Of a stretch of 64,000 nucleotides of DNA, positions 23,855 to 32,130 are shown piece by piece; the stretch's first letter is position 1, and each line of letters begins with the position of its first letter. Source of the stretch: Alphaproteobacteria bacterium. Its GTDB lineage: Bacteria; Pseudomonadota; Alphaproteobacteria; Micropepsales; Micropepsaceae. Below the pieces are notes generated by a model, which was not told where the DNA came from, searched no databases, and worked only from the letters and a program-made list of their open reading frames with translations. Both the position numbers and the translations under genes were made by a program. Location of the stretch: the NCBI GenBank assembly GCA_015654635.1, contig JAATGP010000007.1, forward strand, positions 17,771-81,770. The letters are read 5' to 3'.

Positions 23855-25770
23855 TCCTCGTAGTCGGTCGGCGCCTCGGCGCGCAGCGCGGCTTCTTTCT
23901 TCTCAAGCTGGCCGGCAAAGCCGGCGCGGCTCACCGATTTGGAGCGGCAGTAATAGAGGCTCTTGATACCGCGCTCCCACGCCGTCCAATGCAGCATGTG
24001 CAGATCCCATTTATCCACGTCACCGGGAATAAACAGATTGAGCGACTGGCTCTGGCAGATGAATGGCGCGCGGTCCGCCGCCAAATCGATGATCCAGCGC
24101 TGATCGATCTCGAAGGCGGTGCGATAGACAGCCTTCTCATCGTCCGTCAGGCAATCCAGATGCTGGACCGAACCTTCCTGCTCGACGATCGACTGCCAAG
24201 TCTCTGGCGTATCGACACCCTTCTCCGCCAACAGTTTCTGCAAATAGGGATTGCGCACGGCGAAGGAGCCGGACAGCGTCTTGTGATTGTAGATGTTGGC
24301 CGGGATCGGTTCGATGCAGGCGCTCGTGCCGCCGCAAATGATACTGATCGAGGCCGTCGGCGCGATCGCGATCTTATGGCTGAAGCGTGCCTTCATGCCG
24401 CGTTCGGCTGCGTCAGGGCAGGCGCCGCGCTCTTCCGCGAGCACATAAGACGCCGCGTCGGCTGCACGCCGAACATGCCGGAAGATGCGCAGGTTCCAGC
24501 TTTTCGCCAGCGCGCTTTCCATCGGAATGCCGCGCGATTGCAGGAAAGAGTGGAAGCCCATAACGCCTAAGCCAACGGAGCGTTCGCGCAGGGCGGAGTA
24601 TTTGGCCCGCGCCATGCTGTCCGGCGCGGTTTCGATGAAGCTGGTCAGCACATTGTCCAGCATCCGCATCACGTCTTCGATGAATTGCGGTTCCGCATTC
24701 CATTCGTCCCAAGTCTCGATGTTGAGAGAGGACAGGCAGCACACTGCGGTGCGTTGTTCGTCGCGGTGATCGACGCCGGTGGCAAGCGTGATCTCGCTGC
24801 ACAGATTCGAGGTGGAAACCTTGAGACCAAGGTCGCGCTGGTGCCGGGGCAGCGCGCGGTTCACATGGTCGATGAACAGCAGATAAGGTTCGCCGGTCTG
24901 CAACCGTGTCTCCAGGATGCGCTGCCAGAGCTGGCGGGCGCTTACCTCGCGGATGGTTTCGCCATTCTTTGGGCTCTTGAGCGCGAACATCGCGCCATCG
25001 CGCACGGCTTCCATAAAGGCGTCGGTGATGGCAATACCGTGATGCAGATTGAGCCCTTTGCGGTTGAAGTCGCCTGACGCCTTGCGGATTTCGAGGAACT
25101 CCTCGATTTCGGGATGATGCACGTCGAGATACACCGCCGCCGAACCGCGCCGCAGCGAGCCTTGGCTGATGGCAAGCGTCAGCCCGTCCATCACGTGGAT
25201 GAAGGGGATGATGCCGCTGGTCTCGCCGCATCCTTTCACCGCTTCGCCGATGGAGCGCACTTTGCCCCAATAGGTGCCGATGCCGCCGCCATTGGAGGCG
25301 AGCCAGACATTCTCGTTCCAGGTGTTCACGATGCCGTCGAGAGAATCCGACACGTCGTTGAGGAAGCAGGAGATGGGAAGGCCGCGCGTCGTGCCGCCAT
25401 TCGACAGGATCGGCGTCGCCGGCATGAACCAGAGTCGCGAGATGGCGTCGTAAAGGCGCTGCGCATGCGCAACGTCGTCGGCATAGGCGCAAGCGACGCG
25501 CGCGAACAAGTCCTGGAAGCTCTCGCCCGGCATGAGATAGCGATCTGTCAGAGTCGCTTTGCCAAACACGGTCAGAAGACTGTCGCGGCCACGATCCAAT
25601 TGGAGATCGGAGGGCTGTGGCCTGCGTCCAAGCGGACCGGGCATTGGTGCGGAACGCGGCTCGGCTTTGCGAAAAACAAGCCTCGGTCCCGGCATGGAGC
25701 GGCCGGGAGCGATCTCGGGCACAGGGACCAGATGACCATGAATGTCGAAGTCAAAAGCCGGGGACGACAT
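23836..25770 (-). CDS. nrdA: Class I ribonucleotide reductase large (alpha) subunit, no N-terminal ATP-cone evident
   Basis: PATPILSNGGT, NLCSEI, and a C-terminal redox tail EECLACQ. The chosen start is MSSPAFDF at 25770, preceded by AAGGAGA. The longer ORF to 25863 ends only about 20 nt short of the riboswitch. Confidence 0.9.
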   Translation of the reverse strand: MSSPAFDFDIHGHLVPVPEIAPGRSMPGPRLVFRKAEPRSAPMPGPLGRRPQPSDLQLDRGRDSLLTVFGKATLTDRYLMPGESFQDLFARVACAYADDVAHAQRLYDAISRLWFMPATPILSNGGTTRGLPISCFLNDVSDSLDGIVNTWNENVWLASNGGGIGTYWGKVRSIGEAVKGCGETSGIIPFIHVMDGLTLAISQGSLRRGSAAVYLDVHHPEIEEFLEIRKASGDFNRKGLNLHHGIAITDAFMEAVRDGAMFALKSPKNGETIREVSARQLWQRILETRLQTGEPYLLFIDHVNRALPRHQRDLGLKVSTSNLCSEITLATGVDHRDEQRTAVCCLSSLNIETWDEWNAEPQFIEDVMRMLDNVLTSFIETAPDSMARAKYSALRERSVGLGVMGFHSFLQSRGIPMESALAKSWNLRIFRHVRRAADAASYVLAEERGACPDAAERGMKARFSHKIAIAPTASISIICGGTSACIEPIPANIYNHKTLSGSFAVRNPYLQKLLAEKGVDTPETWQSIVEQEGSVQHLDCLTDDEKAVYRTAFEIDQRWIIDLAADRAPFICQSQSLNLFIPGDVDKWDLHMLHWTAWERGIKSLYYCRSKSVSRAGFAGQLEKKEAALRAEAPTDYEECLACQ

Positions 25771-25884
25771 CGCTTTGCTCTCCTTGATCTGGCGGAGAGA
25801 CAGCGGACGCATCGCAGGAAAAATGGCACGGAGCCACGGACCAGCAAGCGGCCACCGGGACACCCCGCCCGACGCACGTTCAAT

Positions 25885-26075
25885 CCGTTCCCGGCAGGTC
25901 TCCTGGCTCGCGGCTTTGTCGCTTCTGCCGGCCTTCCCGATGCATCCGCATCAGTGGCGTTTATGGCAGCGGCTTGCCGCTTACAGTTGCGGGGGCAGCG
26001 CCGGAATTGACCTGCTTTCAGGCCGTACCGGCTTCCCTCTTAGCCCCAGATGTCGCCATCCGGGGAACCGTGAAC
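25885..26075 (-). promoter_or_regulatory. Cobalamin (B12) riboswitch in the nrdAB leader
   Basis: The minus strand reads ...GGTTCCCCGG..GGGGCTAAGAGGGAAGCCGGT..GCTGCCCCCGCAACTGTAAGCGG..GCCACTG..GGGAAGGCC..GAGCCAGGAGACCTGCC (B12 box). It is collinear with the metE-leader element at 37805-38000. Confidence 0.8.
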
Positions 26076-26204
26076 CGCTATAGCTTGTGGTCAGGGTCGG
26101 GCCCAAGTCAAGCGGTTCTATGTTGCTGGTGTCGGATTCTCATGTGCGCAGCCAAGCATGAACCAACGGCACTATCTGATCGGCCCGGCAGCCATCAACC
26201 CACG

Positions 26205-26429
26205 TCACGGTTTTTGCGTTTCGCGGACGACGGGCACCATTTGATCGCCCCACGCGCCCGAGCCGTCGTGGCATCGTGAGACGCGCACCAGCTCGACGGA
26301 AATGCCACCATGAACCGCCTGCTCGATGGCGGCATTGAGACGGTGGGCGGCTTCTGCGATCCGGCGGACGGCGCGACCGGAGTCATCTTTGCTGGGCATC
26401 GGTGCCGGTTTGAATTCTGACTCGTCCAT
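26205..26429 (-). CDS. Small conserved hypothetical protein B (74 aa), paralog of 28143..28436
   Basis: Start MDESEF at 26429 with a GAGGAGG RBS. C-terminus LNAAIEQAVHGGISVELVRVSRCHDGSGAWGDQMVPVVRETQ aligns at about 49% identity, without gaps, to the other copy. Confidence 0.6.
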   Translation of the reverse strand: MDESEFKPAPMPSKDDSGRAVRRIAEAAHRLNAAIEQAVHGGISVELVRVSRCHDGSGAWGDQMVPVVRETQKP

Positions 26430-26484
26430 TGGCCCCTCCTCGTGTCGGGCAAAGCGGGCGCGCCGATACACGCCGCTTCGCCAA

Positions 26485-28104
26485 TTATCCGGCGACGAAC
26501 TGGTTCATGGTGTTGGCGTGCCCGCCCGCCTTGAGCGCGCGCTCACCGCTGACCATCGTCTTGAAGGTGTCGCCGAGGTCGGACCCGACCTCGTGCTGAT
26601 GCTTCACAGCAGAGATGCCGCGACGGATTTCTTCGCGCTGGACCGAGACAACATAGGCTTTCATGCGATCTTCGCCGAAATAGCCGCGCGACAGCTCATC
26701 CACGCTCTTAGCCGTCAGGTGGAAGGTCGGAAGCGTGATCAGATTGTGGAATACGCCGGCTCTCGCCGCGATATCCGCCTGGAAGCGCTTCAGGCGATCG
26801 TCCGCTTCGCGACCCAGTTCGGTGTCGTCGAATTGCGCGGACATAAGCGCAATGTCGCCCGGATAGTCGGACGCTTTGATGCGATCTTCCTTGATCCACT
26901 GCTCGCGCACCTGCTTGCGCAGGTTGAGCGTCCAGTTGAAGGAGGGAGAATTGTTGTAGGCGAGCTTTGCCTTTGGTGCTGCCTTGCGGATTTCGGCCAC
27001 CATCGAGGCGATCTCATCGACATTGGGGGTGTCGGTTTCGATCCAGAGCAGGTCAGCACCACCATCGTTGAGGGACGCGATGCAGTCCTCGATGACGCGT
27101 CCGCGCCCGGTATTGTCCTTGAATGCGAACAGGCCATTCGGCATGCGCACGGGTCGCGCGAATTTGCCGTCCCGAACCAGGACCAACTCGCCATCGCGCA
27201 GCGGGATCTTGTCCGTGATCTCCTCGGTCTTGAGCCATTTGATATAGGACGCGGCGTGATCGTCCGGTGACGTACTGACCGGCACCTTCTGCGTCAGGCC
27301 CGCGCCCAGGCTATCGGTACGCGCGACGATGACCCCTTCTTCGACGCCAAGTTCTTCGAACGCGAGGCGGCAGGCACGCAGCTTCTCGATAAAATCTTCC
27401 CGCGGTACCGTGACCTTGCCGTCTTGATGACCGCATTGTTTGGCATCGGAGACCTGGTTCTCGATCTGGATACAGCAGGCGCCGGCCTTGATCAGCTCTT
27501 TGGCGAGCAGATAGGTCGCGTGCTCGTTGCCGAAACCGGCATCGATATCCGCGATGATCGGGACGACATGGGTTTCGAAGGTGTCGATCGCCTTGATGGC
27601 AGCGGCTTCCGCGATGTTATCGCCTTTCTCGCGCGCTTCGCGCAGGGCCTCAAACAAATCGTTCAAGGCCACTTCGTCGGCCTGCCGCAGCGACACATAT
27701 ATCTCTTCGATCAGATCGGCGACCGCCGTCTTCTCGTGCATCGACTGATCGGGCAGATGGCCCCAGGTGTTGCGAAGTCCAGCGACCATCCAGCCAGACA
27801 AGTAAACGTAAGCGCCCTTTGTCGTGCCGCGCATGCGCTTCACCGACTTGATCATCTGCTGCGCGTGGAATCCGGACCAGCATCCCAGCGATTGCGTGAA
27901 CTTGGAGGTATCCTTGTCATACGCGGCCATGTCGGCGCGCATCACCTTGGCCATCGCGCGCGCGATATCGAGATGCGTGTCGAAGGTATTCTGCAATTTG
28001 AGCTGTACGATGTCGTCAACACTGACGCCACCCGGTGCCACACCCGAAGGATAGCGCTTGAGAAGCTCGTTTGCGAGTTCGCGGTAGGTCTTGCGTGCAG
28101 CCAT
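26485..28104 (-). CDS. aceA: Isocitrate lyase (long, ~540-aa form)
   Basis: The ICL signature region KQCGHQDGK (KKCGH-type) and overall length. ATG at 28104 (MAARKTYRELA); an alternative GTG at 28146 would overlap the upstream small ORF stop (GTGA). Confidence 0.9.
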   Translation of the reverse strand: MAARKTYRELANELLKRYPSGVAPGGVSVDDIVQLKLQNTFDTHLDIARAMAKVMRADMAAYDKDTSKFTQSLGCWSGFHAQQMIKSVKRMRGTTKGAYVYLSGWMVAGLRNTWGHLPDQSMHEKTAVADLIEEIYVSLRQADEVALNDLFEALREAREKGDNIAEAAAIKAIDTFETHVVPIIADIDAGFGNEHATYLLAKELIKAGACCIQIENQVSDAKQCGHQDGKVTVPREDFIEKLRACRLAFEELGVEEGVIVARTDSLGAGLTQKVPVSTSPDDHAASYIKWLKTEEITDKIPLRDGELVLVRDGKFARPVRMPNGLFAFKDNTGRGRVIEDCIASLNDGGADLLWIETDTPNVDEIASMVAEIRKAAPKAKLAYNNSPSFNWTLNLRKQVREQWIKEDRIKASDYPGDIALMSAQFDDTELGREADDRLKRFQADIAARAGVFHNLITLPTFHLTAKSVDELSRGYFGEDRMKAYVVSVQREEIRRGISAVKHQHEVGSDLGDTFKTMVSGERALKAGGHANTMNQFVAG

Positions 28105-28142
28105 GACACTAATTTCCCTGAGTTCGTTGTTCGAATCCGATT

Positions 28143-28436
28143 TCACTTCTCGCGCTGGCGCGTCTGAACCAATGGCGCCATCTGGTCGCCCCAGCAGCCG
28201 TCGCCGGAATGAACGCGGTAGCGGCGGCGAAGCTCGATGATGACGCCTGCCTCCGTCGCCCGCGCTACCGACGCATTGAGTTGCTCGACGTCGCTCTCCA
28301 CGGAGCGCAGCGATGCGCGCAACTCCGGCGTGAGCGCCTGGCTCGCGCTGGTCAGATAGACATCGCTCTGCGCTTCAAGATCGGAGGGCATCGGACAACT
28401 GCCGGCGCCGGGAATGGCGAGAATGTCTTGGGACAT
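28143..28436 (-). CDS. Small conserved hypothetical protein A (97 aa), paralog of 26205..26429
   Basis: ATG at 28436 lies 1 nt after the aceB stop (TGAtATG). C-terminus LNASVARATEAGVIIELRRRYRVHSGDGCWGDQMAPLVQTRQ. Confidence 0.6.
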   Translation of the reverse strand: MSQDILAIPGAGSCPMPSDLEAQSDVYLTSASQALTPELRASLRSVESDVEQLNASVARATEAGVIIELRRRYRVHSGDGCWGDQMAPLVQTRQREK

Positions 28437-28437
28437 A

Positions 28438-30045
28438 TCAGGCTCCGGTGATTTCGAGTTCAAGAAGGCGGCGATAGGCCGATGTCGTGAGGAAGGGTTC
28501 GAGCGTCTCGGCAAGGCATTGCGACAAGAACAGCCCCCGTGCCTCGACAAGGCTGCGGGGTGCATCGCTATCCTTTGGGATCAGCCTGGAGATCTCCTGA
28601 TCGACAATCTTTGTCAGAAACTCATCCGTCAGCGTTTCGCCGGTATCGAACCGAACGCGATGCAGACGCCATTGCCAAACTTGCGCGCGCGATATTTCCG
28701 CGGTCGCTGCGTCTTCCATGAGATTGTAGAGCGGCACGCAGCCCATGCCGTCGAGCCATGCAGCGATATATTGGATTGCGACGCGGACATTTGCCCGCAA
28801 GCCTTCTTCGGTGATCGTCCCTTCGGGCTTGCGTGTAAGATTGGCCGCAGTGACATGCACGTCGTCGCGCTGGCGGGAGACCTGGTTGGCGCCGGGCATG
28901 AATTCGTCAAAGGCGGCGCGTGCGATCGGAATGAGGCCGGGATGGGCAACCCAGGTGCCATCGTGCCCGTTGCGCGCCTCGCGTTCCTTGTCAGCTTTGA
29001 CTTTCGCGAACGCCGCTTCGTTGGCTTCCGCGTCGTCGCGGATCGGAATTTGCGCCGCCATCCCGCCCATCGCATGCGCACCGCGGCGATGGCACGTCTT
29101 GATGAGAAGCTCGCTATAAGCGGCGAGCGCGGGCGATGTCATCGCGACTTGGCCGCGATCCGGCAGAATGAAATCCGCGCGGCGGCCGAGCGTCTTGATC
29201 ATAGAGAAGATGTAATCCCACCGCCCGCAGTTCAGGCCGACGATGTGATCGCGCATTTCGTAGAGGATTTCGTCCATCTCGAAAGCGGCAGGTAGCGTCT
29301 CGATCAAAACGGTGGCGCGGATCGATCCGCGCGGGATATCGAGCAGCTTCTCGGTATAGAGGAAGACATCATTCCAGAGCGTGGACTCGTGTCGGCTCTC
29401 CATTTTCGGCAGATAGAAGTACGGACCGCTCCCGCGCGCTAGAAGTTCGCGCGCGTTGTGGAAAACGTAGAGACCGAAGTCGAGAAGCGAGGCGGAAATC
29501 TCCTCGCCTGCGACCTCCAAATGAGCTTCGTTCATGTGCCAGCCGCGCGGACGCACCAGAAGAATCGCAGTCTGTGGATTGAGGGTGTAGTCACGCCCGG
29601 TCTTCTCGTCGCGATACGCAAGCGTGCGGCGCACCGCGGCCATCAGATTGGCTTGGCCGTCGATCAAGTTCGCCCATGTGGGCGATGAGGCGTCCTCGAA
29701 GTCCGCCATGAACGCCTGCGCGCCGGAGTTCAGCGCGTTGATAATCATCTTGGCGTTGACCGGACCCGTGATTTCGACGCGCCGGTCGAGCAGATCCTTT
29801 GGCGGCGGGGCGATGATCCAATCGGCGTCGCGCAGCTTTTGGGTATCGGCAGGAAAGCCGAGCGTCTCTTCGCCAGCATCGAGTCGGGCCTGCCGCTTGA
29901 CGCGCAGCGATAGCAAATCGCGCCGGAAAGCATCGAAGCGGCGATGAAGATTGGCGAGAAACGAAATGGCCTCCGGCGTCAGAACCGTAGTCTGCGCCGG
30001 ATGTTGCCCGGTGATCGTGATGCGATCGCGTGTGTTGCCTGCCAT
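28438..30045 (-). CDS. aceB: Malate synthase A
   Basis: A ~535-aa A-type malate synthase (..YFYLPKMESRHE..RATVLIETL..NCGRWDYIFS..). The start is taken as MAGNTRDRITI (30045); the ORF is open to 30102. Confidence 0.9.
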   Translation of the reverse strand: MAGNTRDRITITGQHPAQTTVLTPEAISFLANLHRRFDAFRRDLLSLRVKRQARLDAGEETLGFPADTQKLRDADWIIAPPPKDLLDRRVEITGPVNAKMIINALNSGAQAFMADFEDASSPTWANLIDGQANLMAAVRRTLAYRDEKTGRDYTLNPQTAILLVRPRGWHMNEAHLEVAGEEISASLLDFGLYVFHNARELLARGSGPYFYLPKMESRHESTLWNDVFLYTEKLLDIPRGSIRATVLIETLPAAFEMDEILYEMRDHIVGLNCGRWDYIFSMIKTLGRRADFILPDRGQVAMTSPALAAYSELLIKTCHRRGAHAMGGMAAQIPIRDDAEANEAAFAKVKADKEREARNGHDGTWVAHPGLIPIARAAFDEFMPGANQVSRQRDDVHVTAANLTRKPEGTITEEGLRANVRVAIQYIAAWLDGMGCVPLYNLMEDAATAEISRAQVWQWRLHRVRFDTGETLTDEFLTKIVDQEISRLIPKDSDAPRSLVEARGLFLSQCLAETLEPFLTTSAYRRLLELEITGA

Positions 30046-30128
30046 TTTCTGCCGTCCAATGATCTCGTTGACAGTCTTTACAAGAGGGATGCGCGGCATC
30101 AATGATGCGTCCGCACTAAAAGTGTCGA

Positions 30129-30180
30129 TTTGTAAAGGCTTTCACAGCCAAGGCGGCACTTCTGTAAAGGTTGTAAACAG
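30129..30180. promoter_or_regulatory. Candidate ScfR/RamB operator repeats (TTTGTAAA; cTGTAAAggTTGTAAAc) in the aceB / regulator divergent region
   Basis: TTTGTAAA at 30129-36. TGTAAA at 30163-68 and 30172-77 (9-nt spacing) abuts the GTG start at 30181. These resemble the TTTGCAAA-type sites reported for ScfR/RamB regulators. Confidence 0.3.
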
Positions 30181-31599
30181 GTGGCGGAACGAAAGGTTTT
30201 TGCGGGCCAGCGCGTCAGGCATCTGAGAACCGCGCTGGGTTTGAACCAGGCGGCGATGGCGCGCGACCTGGGAATCTCGGCGAGCTATCTCAATCTTGTC
30301 GAACGCAACCAGCGCCCGCTGACCACGCAGCTCATCCTCAAGCTGGCCGAAACTTACGACCTCGATCTGCGCGAATTGCGCGGCGACCGCGAAACCCGCC
30401 GCATCGCCGAACTCACGGAAATCCTGGTCGATCCGGTGTTTGGCAAGATGCCGCCATCATCGGCTATTGCCGATGTGGTCAACGGTTATCCCGACATCGC
30501 GGCGGCGCTCGCTTCCGTCTATGGCGCATATCGCAAAGCACACGCATCCGGCGTACCGGACTTTGCTGCCAGCGACGACCGGCAGCCCGTGCCGCCCGAC
30601 GAGCGCTTTCCAGTCGAGGAGGTGCGCGACTATTTCCACGCACGCAACAACTACATCGCCTCGCTCGATGAACAGGCCGAGGCGCTTCATGGCGAGCTTG
30701 CAGAGAAGGATGATCTGTTCGCGGCGTTGCGCGATTATCTGCGCGAGCAGCATCAGATTCGTGTGACCATCCTTCCCATCCATGCGATGCCCGACGCGCA
30801 ACGCCGCTTCGACCGGCATAACCGCCGCCTGTTCTTGTCTGAAATGCTCCCGGTGCCCAGCCGCATCTTCCAGACCGCGGTGCAGGTCGCATTGCTTTCC
30901 TATGGCGCGGAGATCGACCGGCTTGTCAGTGCAGCCAGTCTTAGCGGTGAAGACGCCAATCGCCTGTTCCGCATCGGACTCGCCAATCATTTCGCCGGTG
31001 CGCTGATGATGCCGTATGAACGCTTTCTGGAAGCAGCAATCGCCACACGCTACGACATCGACGTGCTTGCCAGCCGCTTCGGCGCCAGCGTCGAGCAGGT
31101 GGCGCACCGGCTGACAACCCTGCAACGCACGGAACGGCGCGGCGTGCCGTTCTTTCTGCTGAGGCTGGACAATGCCGGCAACATTTCTAAACGTTTCTCC
31201 GCCGGTGGCTTTGCCTTCGCACGGTTCGGCGGGACGTGCCCGCGCTGGCGCGTTCACGATGCCTTCGGCACGCCGGGCGAGACGATCGTGCAGCTCGTCG
31301 AACTGCCGGACGGCACGCGTTATCTGACAGTTTCGCGCACCGTCGAAACCATGCGCGGGCGTTATCCACTGAATGCCCGCAAGCTCGCGATCAGCCTCGG
31401 CTGCGAAATCTCCTATGCGTCGCAACTCGTCTATGCAGAGGGACTTGATCTTGCCGGCGCGGAAGCCGCCACGCCTATCGGCGTGACTTGTCGCGTCTGC
31501 GAACGCACCAACTGCGCGGCGCGCGCCTTTCCGCCGATGACGCGGCCACTGACGATCGATGCGTCGCGCAAGGGATTCTCGGCGTTCGAATTCGGTTAA
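30181..31599 (+). CDS. ScfR-family (RamB-like) short-chain acyl-CoA-responsive regulator: XRE HTH + ImmA/IrrE-like + DUF2083 Cys-rich domain
   Basis: MAERKVFAGQRVRHLR..LGLNQAAMARDLGISASYLNLVERNQRPL, NHFAGALMMPY, and C-terminal Cys residues (GGTCPRW..GCEI..CRVCERTNC). Divergent from aceB. Confidence 0.8.
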   Translation: MAERKVFAGQRVRHLRTALGLNQAAMARDLGISASYLNLVERNQRPLTTQLILKLAETYDLDLRELRGDRETRRIAELTEILVDPVFGKMPPSSAIADVVNGYPDIAAALASVYGAYRKAHASGVPDFAASDDRQPVPPDERFPVEEVRDYFHARNNYIASLDEQAEALHGELAEKDDLFAALRDYLREQHQIRVTILPIHAMPDAQRRFDRHNRRLFLSEMLPVPSRIFQTAVQVALLSYGAEIDRLVSAASLSGEDANRLFRIGLANHFAGALMMPYERFLEAAIATRYDIDVLASRFGASVEQVAHRLTTLQRTERRGVPFFLLRLDNAGNISKRFSAGGFAFARFGGTCPRWRVHDAFGTPGETIVQLVELPDGTRYLTVSRTVETMRGRYPLNARKLAISLGCEISYASQLVYAEGLDLAGAEAATPIGVTCRVCERTNCAARAFPPMTRPLTIDASRKGFSAFEFG

Positions 31600-32105
31600 G
31601 GCTGCGCCGTTTGGCCATTCTCATCGTTTGCGCGCCAAGATGCGATCAATGCAGGGTCCGACAACAGTTTGGCGATGCCGTCCGGTGCATAGGTGCGGAT
31701 GTTGATGGTCTGCCCGCGGCGAAAGCTGATACTGCCTTTGACCGGCAGGCGTCCGTCCTTGGTCCAGCGCAGCCGCTCGCGCGCGGTAATGCCCAGCACA
31801 TTCTGGACGAGGCGAGGCGTCAGCGGGCGGTTGGCAATGATCTTCAACGCCGCGTCGATTTCCGCGACAATCCCGCGAACCGTGTGGATGTCGTCGCGCC
31901 GGAAAATCCAAACATCCGGCGCTTTCGCATAAGCGCCGATATCCAGCCGGCGCAGATATGTGGCGATGCGCTTTTTGACTTCCGCTTCGCGCAGGCGCAG
32001 GCCGAGAAAGCGATTCAAGCCCTTCTGCGGAGAGAGATGGATTTCGTCCTGACCGACAGTGACATGAAGAAATCCGCTCCGCACGATCTCTCCGGCATGC
32101 GTCAT
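31596..32105 (-). CDS. Hypothetical protein with possible C-terminal excisionase/MerR-like HTH
   Basis: 169-aa ORF. The segment LVQNVLGITARERLRWTKDGRLP resembles HTH_17-type motifs. Its 3' end overlaps the convergent regulator gene by 4 nt. Confidence 0.45.
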   Translation of the reverse strand: MTHAGEIVRSGFLHVTVGQDEIHLSPQKGLNRFLGLRLREAEVKKRIATYLRRLDIGAYAKAPDVWIFRRDDIHTVRGIVAEIDAALKIIANRPLTPRLVQNVLGITARERLRWTKDGRLPVKGSISFRRGQTINIRTYAPDGIAKLLSDPALIASWRANDENGQTAQP

Positions 32106-32130
32106 GGCGAGGCCATCCGATGATCGCCGT

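Noticed and set aside
25771-25863. N-terminal extension of nrdA to the ATG at 25863 given in the ORF track
   Set aside because: It would start translation about 20 nt from the B12 box. The internal ATG at 25770 has a strong AAGGAGA RBS and begins a sensible N-terminus.
24413-26010. Alternative-frame ORFs 24413..25492 (-) and 25114..26010 (+) inside nrdA and its leader
   Set aside because: They overlap the RNR alpha subunit and the riboswitch, and the sequences have no protein-like features.
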